Source of the DNA: an uncultured delta proteobacterium
GTDB taxonomy: Bacteria > Myxococcota > Myxococcia > Myxococcales > Myxococcaceae
Length of the DNA stretch: 64,000 bases
Assembly: GCA_963796055.1 (NCBI GenBank)
Contig: CAWCKH010000004.1
Coordinates: forward strand, 2,464,001 to 2,528,000
Reading direction: 5' to 3'
This document shows positions 48,775 to 58,351 of the stretch, one piece after another. The notes below the pieces were generated by a model. The model was not told where the DNA came from. It was given only the letters and a program-made list of their open reading frames with translations, and did not search any database. Within the stretch, counting starts at the first letter, position 1. Every line of letters starts with the position of its first letter. The translations under genes were made by a program, and so were the position numbers.

Positions 48775-51066
48775 ATGAACGTGAGGGAAGGTGAGGCGCT
48801 CCGGCCGGGCATCGCCGAGGCTCTGTTCGGAGACCGCGTCGTCCGCAATCCGCTGGTCCGCCGTCTGCTCGCACTCGACGCCGAGCTCCGCCTGGTCGCG
48901 ATGTCGTTGCTGGTCGGAGCACTGGTGTTCGTTCCCTACGTCGGCGCCGTCGGGCTCTGGGACCCCTGGGAGTCCCACTATGCCGAGGTCGCCCGGGAGA
49001 TGATCGCCCGGAACGACTACGTGCATCCCTACTGGGAGAGCAGCTGGTTCTTCTCCAAGCCACCGCTCACCATGTGGATGGACGTGCTGGGCATGGCCCT
49101 GGTCGGGACCAACCGAACCAGCGGCAAGCTGGCCCTGTACACCGAGTGGGGCATGCGGATGCCCATCGTGCTCCTGGTGCTCGCCTCGCTGGCGCTCCTC
49201 GCCCTGGCGCTGGGCCGGACGGTGAACCGCCGGGTGGGGATGGCCAGCACCGTGGTGCTCGCCACCATGCCCCTCTTCTTCCTCATCACCCGACAGGCGG
49301 TCACCGACACGCCGTTCGTCGCCACCCTCATCGCGGCGATGGCCTGCGCGATCATCGGTCTGTTCGACGAGAAGACGACGCACCGCACCGCCTGGTGGAT
49401 GGCGTTCTACGTCTTCTGCGGCCTGTCCACCCTGGCGAAGGGGCTCCTGGGCGTTGGGTTGCCCGCCGTCATCCTCCTCTGCTACGCGCTGGCCTGCGTC
49501 TTTCCGTGGGACGAGGCCGGACGCACCGCCCACTGGCGCTGGTTGACCAGCCCGGCGTACCGGAAGGAGGTCGCCCTCGGGAAGGAGCCGATGCCCGTGC
49601 TCTTCGCCGAGATGGCGCGCATGCGGCTCCTCACCGGGATCGCGGTGTTCCTCGCGGTCGCCGGGCCCTGGTTCGCCGTGATGTGCGCCTTCCCGGCGGT
49701 GGACAACGAAGGGAAGACGTTCTTCTACCGGTTCTTCATCCACGACCACCTGAACCGGCTCTTCGAGGGCGTTCACACCACCACTCCGGGGGGTAGCTTC
49801 GTCTACTTCATCGAGCAGGGGGGCTACGCCGTCTTCCCCTGGGTGGCGCTCTTGCCTGGAGCCCTGGCGGTGGTGTCGCCGCTCCGCCTCCGCAAGCTCG
49901 ACGTCCGGAGCAGGGTGGCGTTCATTGCCCTGGTGTGGGCCCTCTTCAGCTTCCTGCTGATGGACGCCTCGGCGACCAAGTTCCACCACTACGTGCTGCC
50001 CGTTCTGCCCGGGGTGGCGATCCTGGTCGCGCTGTTCCTCGACCGGCTCTGGGAGGACGGACCGGCCGCGCACGCCGTTCCGCTGCTGCTGGGCGCGGTG
50101 CTCTTCTTCCTGGTGGGCAAGGACCTCGCCACCACCCCCAAGGACTTCACCGACCTCTTCGTCTACAACTACGAGCGCGCCTATCCGCACGAGCTGGACA
50201 CGCGGGCCGTGGTCTTCGGCTGGTCGCGCCGGCCGCTGATGACCGGTGACCTGGTCGCGGCGGTGCTGCTGGCGGTCGGCGCCTGGATGACGGTGGGCGC
50301 GGGAGGACAGGACCGTGCCGACCGTCTCCGGACCCGGATGCCCGGCCTCCTGGTGGCAGCGGTGGGGCTGGCCGCGCTCGCCACCACCAGCATTCCATCC
50401 CTGACCAGCCCGCTGACCTTGCTCGGCTTCCTGGTCCTCGGGGCCGCGGCGCTGGTGCTCTGGGGGGCGCTGAGCGCTCCGAGCCCGCACCGACGCTCGG
50501 CCATCGAGGTCGCGGCGGTCGGGGCCGTCGTCGGCGCGGTGCTGATCGCCGTTGCGGTGCTGGTTCCTCGGGCGAGCGCGCTGGCGCTCAACCTCCGAAC
50601 CCCGGTCAACGTGAAGATGGGGATGATCTGGGCCTTCACCATCGGTGGGGTGGCGGCAGCGCTCGGCGCCCTGCGGGGATCCCGGACGGGCCTGGTGGGG
50701 AGCCTCGGTGCGCTGGCGCTCGGATTCGCGCTGTGGTTCAGCTGGAGCCACTGGGTGGACCTGAGCCACCACTGGACGCAGCGCGACCTCTTCTGGCGCT
50801 ACTACGATCGGCGAGCCCCCGGTGAGCCCATCGTCGCCTATATGATGGACTGGAAGGGAGAGACCTTCTACAGCAAGAACACCGTCAAGCAGATCAAGGA
50901 CAGCCCCGCCCGCATGGCCGCGTTCGCCAACCTGCCGGGCCGCAAGTGGGCGCTGGTCGAGCACCCGCGCCTCGGACTGCTCCGCCAGGCGATTGGCCCG
51001 GAGCACCGCATCGAGCAGATTGACCGGGATCTCAACGTGAAGTTCGTGCTGGTCACCATCGATTGA
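48775..51066 (+). CDS. ArnT/PMT-like (GT-C; GT39/GT83) membrane glycosyltransferase
   Basis: LWDPWESHYAEVAREM, SKPPL, LAKG, TKFHHY.LP; many TM helices. Confidence 0.88.
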   Translation: MNVREGEALRPGIAEALFGDRVVRNPLVRRLLALDAELRLVAMSLLVGALVFVPYVGAVGLWDPWESHYAEVAREMIARNDYVHPYWESSWFFSKPPLTMWMDVLGMALVGTNRTSGKLALYTEWGMRMPIVLLVLASLALLALALGRTVNRRVGMASTVVLATMPLFFLITRQAVTDTPFVATLIAAMACAIIGLFDEKTTHRTAWWMAFYVFCGLSTLAKGLLGVGLPAVILLCYALACVFPWDEAGRTAHWRWLTSPAYRKEVALGKEPMPVLFAEMARMRLLTGIAVFLAVAGPWFAVMCAFPAVDNEGKTFFYRFFIHDHLNRLFEGVHTTTPGGSFVYFIEQGGYAVFPWVALLPGALAVVSPLRLRKLDVRSRVAFIALVWALFSFLLMDASATKFHHYVLPVLPGVAILVALFLDRLWEDGPAAHAVPLLLGAVLFFLVGKDLATTPKDFTDLFVYNYERAYPHELDTRAVVFGWSRRPLMTGDLVAAVLLAVGAWMTVGAGGQDRADRLRTRMPGLLVAAVGLAALATTSIPSLTSPLTLLGFLVLGAAALVLWGALSAPSPHRRSAIEVAAVGAVVGAVLIAVAVLVPRASALALNLRTPVNVKMGMIWAFTIGGVAAALGALRGSRTGLVGSLGALALGFALWFSWSHWVDLSHHWTQRDLFWRYYDRRAPGEPIVAYMMDWKGETFYSKNTVKQIKDSPARMAAFANLPGRKWALVEHPRLGLLRQAIGPEHRIEQIDRDLNVKFVLVTID

Positions 51067-51989
51067 GCCGCATCGAGGTCCGCTCGCTCTCCAAGCAATT
51101 CGGTCCGCGCACCGCGGTGGAGGGGCTCGACTTCGACGTCGCCGCGGGAGAGGTCTTCGGCCTCCTCGGCCCCAACGGAGCGGGAAAGACCACCACGGTG
51201 CGCATGCTGACCGGGCTGCTGCGCCCCTCGTCCGGTGGAGCGACGGTGTGCGGCGTTCCCCTGGACGGCGACGGCGAGGCGCTCCGCTCCCGGGTGGGGT
51301 TGCTCACCGAGCAGCCGGGTCTGTACGACCGGCTCACCGCCCGCGAGAACCTGCGCTTCTTTCTCAAGCTGCACCACCGGGACACCCCCGAGGCCTGGGA
51401 CGCGGCACGCCGCTGGATGCAGCGCTTCGGGCTGGGTGGCAGGGAGGAGGACCGCTGCGGCACCTTCAGCAAGGGGATGCGGCAGAAGCTGGCCCTGATC
51501 CGGGCGCTGCTCCACGACCCACAGGCGCTGTTCCTCGACGAGCCCACCAGCGGGCTCGACCCCGAGTCGGCACGGGCGGTCCGCGAGGCGGTGGGCGAGC
51601 TCGCCGCCGAGGGCCGCACGGTGGTGCTCTGCTCGCACAACATGTCCGAGGTGGAGCGGCTCTGTGCCCGGGTGGCGGTGGTGAAGGGGCGGCTCCTGGC
51701 GGTGGGCACCGTGCCCGAGCTCCGGCGTCAGACCGGGGTGGTGGAGATCCACGTCGAGGGAAGCGCGGGGGCGGCAGGCGAGGCGCTGGGCTCCATCGTC
51801 CCCCCGTGCGTCTGGGTCGCCGAGGGCCATGCGCTGCGGGTCACCCTCGCCGCCGGGGTGGGCATTCCCGATGTGGTCGCCCTGCTGGCCCAGGCCCGGG
51901 TCCGCATCCATGCGGTGCTCCCGGCCCAGCGCGCGCTGGAGGACGTGTACCTCGAGCTCACCCGCGGCACCGAGACCGAGGTCACGTGA
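51063..51989 (+). CDS. ABC transporter ATP-binding protein
   Basis: GPNGAGKT, FSKGMRQK, LDEPTSGLD, SH. Confidence 0.95.
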   Translation: MSRIEVRSLSKQFGPRTAVEGLDFDVAAGEVFGLLGPNGAGKTTTVRMLTGLLRPSSGGATVCGVPLDGDGEALRSRVGLLTEQPGLYDRLTARENLRFFLKLHHRDTPEAWDAARRWMQRFGLGGREEDRCGTFSKGMRQKLALIRALLHDPQALFLDEPTSGLDPESARAVREAVGELAAEGRTVVLCSHNMSEVERLCARVAVVKGRLLAVGTVPELRRQTGVVEIHVEGSAGAAGEALGSIVPPCVWVAEGHALRVTLAAGVGIPDVVALLAQARVRIHAVLPAQRALEDVYLELTRGTETEVT

Positions 51990-52786
51990 GCTTCCGGCTC
52001 CACCGCGCGCTGGCAGTCACCTGGAAGGAGGCGCTCGACCTCCGGAAGAACCCGGGGCTGCTGGCGAGCATGCTCGCGCTCCCGGCGGTGCTGGTTCTCG
52101 TCCCCACCGGGGTGGTGTGGGCGTGGCTCGGCCATCCGGACGAGGTCTCGTTCCGGACGATGGCGCAGTACTACGACCCCACGCTCCCCCTGAACGTGAA
52201 CCCGGTGCGCTTCATGGTCGACAAGCTGGTGGCGGACTGGTTCGGCATCTTCCTCCTGATGCCGGTATTCGTGCCGATCCTCATCTCCTCGCAGAGCGTG
52301 GCCGGGGAGAAGGAGCGGCGCACGCTCGAGCCGCTCCTCGCCGCGCCGGTGAGCGCCGCCGAGCTGGTGCTGGGCAAGAGCCTGGCCTCGGTGGTCCCGG
52401 CGGTGGCGATCACCTGGCTGTCGTTCGCGGTGTTCGTCGGCGCGGTGGACGCCGTGGCCTGGCCGCTGGTGCAGGGGCCGGTGCTCCCCAACGGCATGTG
52501 GCTGTTCGGCGTCGGCGTGGTGGCGCCACTGTTCGCCTTCCTCGGCAACGGGCTGGCGGTCCTGGTGTCGGCACGGGTCGGAGAGGCGCGTCTGGCGCAG
52601 CAGCTTTCGGCACTGGTGGTGCTTCCCCTGATGGGGCTGGTCGGCGGGCAGCTCGCGGGATGGATCCGCGCGGGCACGGGCTACTACGCCGTGCAGGGCG
52701 CGGTGGTGCTGGTGCTCGACATCCTGCTCGTCCGGGCGAGCGTCCGCCTCTTCGACCGCGAGCGCCTCGTCAGCCGCTGGATCTGA
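51986..52786 (+). CDS. ABC-2 type permease
   Basis: GEKERRTLEPLLAAP…LGK; about 6 TM helices. Confidence 0.9.
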   Translation: MSFRLHRALAVTWKEALDLRKNPGLLASMLALPAVLVLVPTGVVWAWLGHPDEVSFRTMAQYYDPTLPLNVNPVRFMVDKLVADWFGIFLLMPVFVPILISSQSVAGEKERRTLEPLLAAPVSAAELVLGKSLASVVPAVAITWLSFAVFVGAVDAVAWPLVQGPVLPNGMWLFGVGVVAPLFAFLGNGLAVLVSARVGEARLAQQLSALVVLPLMGLVGGQLAGWIRAGTGYYAVQGAVVLVLDILLVRASVRLFDRERLVSRWI

Positions 52787-52851
52787 AATTCCTGCCCGGG
52801 GCGGTGCGCACCCCTGGACTCGCAACGCCGCGTGCTCCTGTGCGATCCTCG

Positions 52852-52867
52852 TGGCACGGAAGGCGCA
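52852..52867 (+). promoter_or_regulatory. Candidate sigma54 -24/-12 promoter
   Basis: TGGCACG-GAAGGC-GCA with GG-N10-GC spacing, ~64 nt upstream of the SPFH start. Confidence 0.5.
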
Positions 52868-52930
52868 AGGAGCAATCCTGCCGCCGTTGCCCCGTGATCA
52901 GCGACGAAAGCCCCTCCCGGGAGGTTCGCC

Positions 52931-54019
52931 TTGGGTCTGTTCGACGGTCTGAAGGGTGAAGCGCAGCGCAACTTCATCGCCCGCTCCGACGCGGCGAAGA
53001 ACGACATCCTCTACGCCTATCCGGAGCGAAACGTCCGGATGATGACCCAGCTCACGGTCGGCGCGGACGAGGTGGCCATCTTCGTCAAGGACGGCCAGGT
53101 GCAGGGGAAGCTCGGGCCGGGGCGCCACACCCTGGACACGCAGAACATCCCCTTCCTCGGCCGGTTCATCGAGGCCTTCACCGGGGGGAACCTCTTCGTT
53201 GCCGAGATCTACTTCGTCGGCCTGCGCGAGTTCCCCGGGGTGAAGTTCGGCGGACCGATCGGCGACGTGCGGGATCCAGAAACCGGCCTGGGCATCGGGA
53301 CCATGGTCTACGGCGACTTCTCGGTGAAGGTGACCGAGCCCGAGAAGCTCATCCTCGGCCTGGTCGGTCTGCGGCGGACGAGCAACGAGGAGTTCCTGGC
53401 CTGGTTCAAGAGCCAGGTGCTCAAGGTGGTGCGCGACCAGATCGCCGAGCTGCTGGTGAAGAAGAAGTGGCCGCTGCTCGACGTGACCTCGGGGGCGTAC
53501 ACCGAGGAGATTGAGCAGGACGTGATCGCCGGGTTCAAGCCGCACGTCGACGGCTACGGCCTCACCATCGTCCGGATGGGCAACTTCACCGTGTCCATCA
53601 AGGACGAGGACGAGGCGACCCTGAAGCGGCTGACCAAGGACACCGCGTACAGCAAGCTCGCCGGCGGCTTCCAGCAGTACGCGCAAGGACAGGCGATGCT
53701 CGGCGCGGCCGAGGGCATGGCCAAGGGCGGGGAGGGCGGCGGGAGCGCACTCCAGGGTGCGGGGCTGGGCATCGGATTCGGGATGGCGCAGGCGTTCCAG
53801 CAGGGGCAGCAGCGTCCCCCGGCGGCGCCTGTCGCTCCGGCGCCGATGGCAGCAGCGGGGACCCCGTGCCCGAAGTGCGGAACGGTCGGGACCGGGAAGT
53901 TCTGTGGCAACTGTGGCGAGCCGCTGGCGCCGGTGGTGCGCAAGTGCACCGAGTGCGGCTCGGACCTGGGCCCGAGCGCGAAGTTCTGCGGGAACTGCGG
54001 GAAGCCGGTCACGGGCTGA
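52931..54019 (+). CDS. SPFH/band-7 (YdjI-like) protein with double zinc ribbon
   Basis: GPGRHTL.T.NIP, AEIYFV; CPKCG…KFCGNCG…CTECG…KFCGNCG. Confidence 0.88.
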   Translation: MGLFDGLKGEAQRNFIARSDAAKNDILYAYPERNVRMMTQLTVGADEVAIFVKDGQVQGKLGPGRHTLDTQNIPFLGRFIEAFTGGNLFVAEIYFVGLREFPGVKFGGPIGDVRDPETGLGIGTMVYGDFSVKVTEPEKLILGLVGLRRTSNEEFLAWFKSQVLKVVRDQIAELLVKKKWPLLDVTSGAYTEEIEQDVIAGFKPHVDGYGLTIVRMGNFTVSIKDEDEATLKRLTKDTAYSKLAGGFQQYAQGQAMLGAAEGMAKGGEGGGSALQGAGLGIGFGMAQAFQQGQQRPPAAPVAPAPMAAAGTPCPKCGTVGTGKFCGNCGEPLAPVVRKCTECGSDLGPSAKFCGNCGKPVTG

Positions 54020-54059
54020 CCGCGGCCGAGGCGTTCCTCGAGGCGCACGTCGGCGACCC

Positions 54060-55895
54060 TCACTTCGTCGCCGCACCGGTCCCCGGGGCCGAGGGTGCAG
54101 CCGCCGCCGTCCCCGCGTCGGGAGCTCCCTCGACTCGTGCTGCGGCCGGGGTCACGGCCGGAGCGGCCGCGGGAGCAATGCCCACCGGAGCCGTGTCGGC
54201 GCTGGCTGCGCTCACTGGCGGGGCGGGCGCAGGGGGAGACGGCGCCGCCGGCGGCTTCGCCGAGGGCCCCGAGCCCGGCGCCTCGGCTCCCGTCCCCGAC
54301 AAGCGCGGCAGCACCGTGGCGACGAACGCGTCCGGGGCCACCCCTGGGTCCCCGAGAGCCCGGGCGAGCCCATCCGGGTCGAGCCCGTTCCCCGGGGCGA
54401 GCAGCGGCTTCAGGAACGCGCCGGCGGCCGGGTCCCGCCACCAGCTCGGGCCGAACTTCCGGACCAGGGCCGCGCGGAGCTGCGCCCCCAGCAGCCACCC
54501 CCGCAGGTAGTCCGCCGCCCCCAGCGTCGCCTCCTCGTCCAGGGTGATGCGGGCCTCGTCCTGCGCGGTCCCGGGCAGGCCGTAGGCCCGGTCCATCGTC
54601 GTCCGGTACGTGGCGTGGGGGTCGGCTCCGGGTCGGCTCGCCGCGATGTTGAACAGCACCTTCCCCGCCGCACGGCGGACCAGGAACAGCTCCTGCACCG
54701 CGACCCCCTGGACCCAGGTCCGGCTCGCGTCGGGCGAGAGCCCGGCCTGCTCGAGCCATGCCGGCTCGGTGGTGAGCGACTCGAGCAGCGCGGCGAAGGC
54801 CTCGGCGTTGGTGCGGTTGCCGAGCTTCGCCAGCTCGAACCGGCGCTCCTCGGTGAATGCATCGTGCACCGCGTGGCCGAACTCGTGGAGGGCGCTGCGC
54901 TGATCCCGGGCGCCGCCCACCGGCTTGAGCGAGATGCGCACGTCGGTGGGGATCACCACCCCCAGCACCAGGCCGCGCGGGTTCTTCTTCGGAGAATCTC
55001 CCGCGTCGAGGGTGACCGACTTCAGCGCCGCCGGGTCGAGCTGCAACGGTTCGAGAGTGGCCCGGATTCGCCACACCACCTCGGCGCGCTTGAAGCCCTC
55101 GGTCGGGGGAAGCCGTACCAGCCGCGGGAGGTCCTGCCGCCCGACGCGGTCCAGAGGCACCTGGAGCTCACGCTGGGCCAGCCGGGTCAAGGTGGCGGTC
55201 CAGGCGTCCTGGGTCCGGCTCAGCACCGCGTCGGCGAGCGCGCCGAGCTGGTCGGGCGTCGCCTCGCGCAGCTCCGTGGCCCAGGCACCGGGCTCGAGGT
55301 TGAGCGTGGGGAGAAGCTCGGCAGCCCTCGCCCCGCGGCGCTCCAGCAGCGCGGACACCTTCACCACCGCCGGGGTGGCTGCCTCGTAGATCTGTCTCCT
55401 CCGGAGCGCGCTCTTCTCTGCGGCGAGAATGGACTCGAGGTTCCGGTAGGGCCGATCGGTGCCCGCGACCTTGAAGGTCAGCGACTGCTCGAGGGTGGCG
55501 ATGGCGTCGGACACGTCCGCGAGCTGCTGCGCCATCCACTCCCCGGCGAGGTAGGCGTGGAGGTGGTCGAGCGCCCGGCGCTCGCGGCCGTCGGTGGTCA
55601 GCGCACGCATCCGGGTCACCTTGGCCACCGCGTCGGGGGTGAGCCAGGCCTCGGTCCCCACGTAGCTCTTCGCCAGGTCCGCCGGCACACCCTCGATCCA
55701 GTACTTCCACACCACCTCGTCCTGACCCCGGAGGAGCGCCTCCGCCTTCGAGGAGAGGTCGGCCACCGCCGGCGCCAGCGCATCGCGCTCCGAGGTGACG
55801 GTCGGAGAGGCGGCCGGAGCATCCGGAGCGACGGGCTGGCCTGCACAGGCGGAGAGGAAGAGCGCGGGGAGGACGTGCGAGAGCCGTGGACGCAT
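54060..55895 (-). CDS. Lipoprotein, gluzincin metallopeptidase (M3/M32-like)
   Basis: FLSAC lipobox; HEFGH plus downstream EAFA third ligand; Ala/Pro-rich tail. Confidence 0.7.
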   Translation of the reverse strand: MRPRLSHVLPALFLSACAGQPVAPDAPAASPTVTSERDALAPAVADLSSKAEALLRGQDEVVWKYWIEGVPADLAKSYVGTEAWLTPDAVAKVTRMRALTTDGRERRALDHLHAYLAGEWMAQQLADVSDAIATLEQSLTFKVAGTDRPYRNLESILAAEKSALRRRQIYEAATPAVVKVSALLERRGARAAELLPTLNLEPGAWATELREATPDQLGALADAVLSRTQDAWTATLTRLAQRELQVPLDRVGRQDLPRLVRLPPTEGFKRAEVVWRIRATLEPLQLDPAALKSVTLDAGDSPKKNPRGLVLGVVIPTDVRISLKPVGGARDQRSALHEFGHAVHDAFTEERRFELAKLGNRTNAEAFAALLESLTTEPAWLEQAGLSPDASRTWVQGVAVQELFLVRRAAGKVLFNIAASRPGADPHATYRTTMDRAYGLPGTAQDEARITLDEEATLGAADYLRGWLLGAQLRAALVRKFGPSWWRDPAAGAFLKPLLAPGNGLDPDGLARALGDPGVAPDAFVATVLPRLSGTGAEAPGSGPSAKPPAAPSPPAPAPPVSAASADTAPVGIAPAAAPAVTPAAARVEGAPDAGTAAAAPSAPGTGAATK

Positions 55896-55926
55896 GAAGG
55901 GGCGAACTGTACCGTCGCAGGCCGGG

Positions 55927-56913
55927 ATGCCCAATCCTTCGCAGTGGGCCGCGGCACGTGCCCGCCAGCTCCTCCAGCGCGCGATCCGCCAGCAGCTCGA
56001 GGCGCTGGGGTACCACGAGGTGGAGACGCCGCTGCTCGTGCCCGCGCCGGGGATGGAGCCCCACATCCGGGCCTTCGAGGTGCCGTTCGTACCCGAGACC
56101 GACCTCGGCCGGCCGCGTACCCTGTACCTGCACACCAGCCCCGAGTACGCGATGAAGCGGCTCCTCGCGGATGGGTCGGGGCCCATCTTCCAGATCTGCA
56201 AGGTGTTCCGGAACGGGGAGGTCAGCCCGACGCATAACCCCGAGTTCACGATGCTCGAGCTGTACCACCCCCACACCGACTACCGGGGGATCATGGACGA
56301 CCTCGAGGCGACCCTCGCCGCGGCGGCGACCGCGCTCGGCCGGTCCGACCCCTTCGCGCTACGACCTTACGAGCGGGTCACGGTGCGCGAGGCGCTGCTC
56401 CGCGAGACCGGCATCGATCTCCGCGCGGCGCCGGACGCCCCGGCGCTCGCCGAGGCCGCCCTCCGGGCCGGAGTGCGGACCGAGCCCGGGGACGGGTTCG
56501 ACGACGTCTTCTTTCGCCTTTTTCTGGAACGGCTGGAACCGCGACTTGGACGTGACCGGCCGGCGTTCCTGATCGACTATCCGGCGTCGATGGCCGCCCT
56601 CGCCCGGCTCAGCCCTCAGGACCCCTCGGTCGCCGAGCGCTTCGAGCTCTATGCCCACGGGCTCGAGCTGGCCAACGGGTTCTCCGAGCTGACCGACGCG
56701 GTGGAGCAGCGGCGCCGGCTGGAGGAGGAGCGCGCCTTCCGCCTCGCCCGGGGCCGACCCGCCTATCCGCTGGACGAGCCGTTCCTCGAGGCGGTGGGCC
56801 GGATGCCCCCGTCGGGCGGGGTGGCGATCGGCCTGGACCGGGTCCTGATGCTCCTCCTCGGGGCCGAGCGCATCGAGGACGTGCTGCTCTTCCCGGTGCA
56901 CGCGTTCCCATGA
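55927..56913 (+). CDS. epmA: EF-P beta-lysine ligase EpmA (GenX/PoxA)
   Basis: EVETP, LHTSPEYAMKRLL, FRNGE…HNPEFTMLE, ELANGFSEL, G.DR; no anticodon domain. Confidence 0.93.
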   Translation: MPNPSQWAAARARQLLQRAIRQQLEALGYHEVETPLLVPAPGMEPHIRAFEVPFVPETDLGRPRTLYLHTSPEYAMKRLLADGSGPIFQICKVFRNGEVSPTHNPEFTMLELYHPHTDYRGIMDDLEATLAAAATALGRSDPFALRPYERVTVREALLRETGIDLRAAPDAPALAEAALRAGVRTEPGDGFDDVFFRLFLERLEPRLGRDRPAFLIDYPASMAALARLSPQDPSVAERFELYAHGLELANGFSELTDAVEQRRRLEEERAFRLARGRPAYPLDEPFLEAVGRMPPSGGVAIGLDRVLMLLLGAERIEDVLLFPVHAFP

Positions 56914-57653
56914 GAGGGCGAGAGCTTCTGCACACGGTGGTGACGTACACGGCAGTGGGGAGCAGCGCCCTCGTGGGCCCGGTGGTCATCGCTCTCTCGC
57001 CGGGGCATCCCGAGCGCGCCGATCCGGTCATCCGTGCCTGGTGCAACGCCGTGCTCGGCGCAGCGAGGGTGCGGGAGGACATCCGGGGGCTGGAGAATCT
57101 CCCCTCGGGGACGTGCGTGTTCGTCTGCAACCACCAGTCGAACTTCGACGCGCCGTTCGTCTTCGCCCGGCTGCCGAAGCACATCCGCTTCGTCGCCAAG
57201 CAAGAGCTGTACCGGATCCCCATCTTCGGCGCGGCGGTGAAGGCGATGGGCAACATCCGGGTCGAGCGCACCGGGGGGAGCGACGCCGACCATCAGGCCA
57301 TCCGGGCCGCAGTCGAGCAGGTCCGGACCCGGACCAGCATCCTCTTCTTCGCCGAGGGGACGCGCAGCATCGACGGGAAGCTCCGGCCCTTCAAGAAGGG
57401 GGCGGCGATCCTGGCCATCGACGCCCAGGTGCCGATCGTCCCGCTGGCGGTGGCCGGCGCGCACGAGATCACTCCCAAGGGCGGGTTGTTGGTGCACTCC
57501 GGCCGGCCGCTGGTGCTCCGCGTTGGAAAGCCAATTCCCACCACCGGGCTGACCCGCGCCGACCGTGACACCCTCACCCAGCAGGCGCACGATGCGGTGG
57601 CCGCGCTCCTCGAGGACGGGAACCAGCGGGTGGAGGCGATGCTTCGGTCATGA
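56910..57653 (+). CDS. plsC: 1-acyl-sn-glycerol-3-phosphate acyltransferase
   Basis: NHQSNFD, FAEGTRS, PFKKG. Confidence 0.88.
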   Translation: MRGRELLHTVVTYTAVGSSALVGPVVIALSPGHPERADPVIRAWCNAVLGAARVREDIRGLENLPSGTCVFVCNHQSNFDAPFVFARLPKHIRFVAKQELYRIPIFGAAVKAMGNIRVERTGGSDADHQAIRAAVEQVRTRTSILFFAEGTRSIDGKLRPFKKGAAILAIDAQVPIVPLAVAGAHEITPKGGLLVHSGRPLVLRVGKPIPTTGLTRADRDTLTQQAHDAVAALLEDGNQRVEAMLRS

Positions 57654-58351
57654 GCACCGGCAAGGACAGAGAGACCCTCGAGCGGCTGCTGGAGATGCGG
57701 TTCGCCGCGCACCCCTGGCACGGAGTTCCCATCGGCAAGGGCGCGCCGGAGGAGGTGACGGTCTACGTGGAGATCGTCCCCACCGACGCGATCAAGTACG
57801 AGCTGGACAAGGCCAGCGGGCATCTCCGCATCGACCGTCCACAGCTGTACTCCAGCTTCTCCCCCACGCTGTACGGCTTCATCCCCCAGACGTTCTGCGG
57901 CGAGTCGGTGGGCGCGCGCTGCGCCGAGCGCACCGGCCGCGCGCACGTGGAGGGCGACGGCGATCCGATGGACATCTGCGTGCTGAGCGAGCGCGACGTC
58001 AGCCACTCCGGCGTGCTGCTCCGGGCGCGCCCCATCGGCGGACTGCGGATGATCGACGGCAACCAGGCCGACGACAAGATCATCGCCGTGCTCGCAGGGG
58101 ACACCGCCTTCGGCCACCTCGGCGACGTGAGCGAGCTGCCGCACGGCATGCTCGACCGGTTCCGCCACTACTTCCTCACCTACAAGCAGATGCCGGGGGA
58201 GAAGCGCCCGGTGGAGATCCCCGAGGTCTACGATCGCGCCGAGGCCCAGGAGATGGTCCGCCGGAGCCAGGCCGATTACGCGAAGGAGTTCGGAGACCCG
58301 TCCGAGCGGGTGAACACCATGCTCTCGCTCCTCGGCCTGCGAGCGCGCTAG
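57650..58351 (+). CDS. ppa: Family I inorganic pyrophosphatase
   Basis: HPWH, KYELDK, YGFIPQT, DGDPMD, DDKIIAV. Confidence 0.93.
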   Translation: MSTGKDRETLERLLEMRFAAHPWHGVPIGKGAPEEVTVYVEIVPTDAIKYELDKASGHLRIDRPQLYSSFSPTLYGFIPQTFCGESVGARCAERTGRAHVEGDGDPMDICVLSERDVSHSGVLLRARPIGGLRMIDGNQADDKIIAVLAGDTAFGHLGDVSELPHGMLDRFRHYFLTYKQMPGEKRPVEIPEVYDRAEAQEMVRRSQADYAKEFGDPSERVNTMLSLLGLRAR

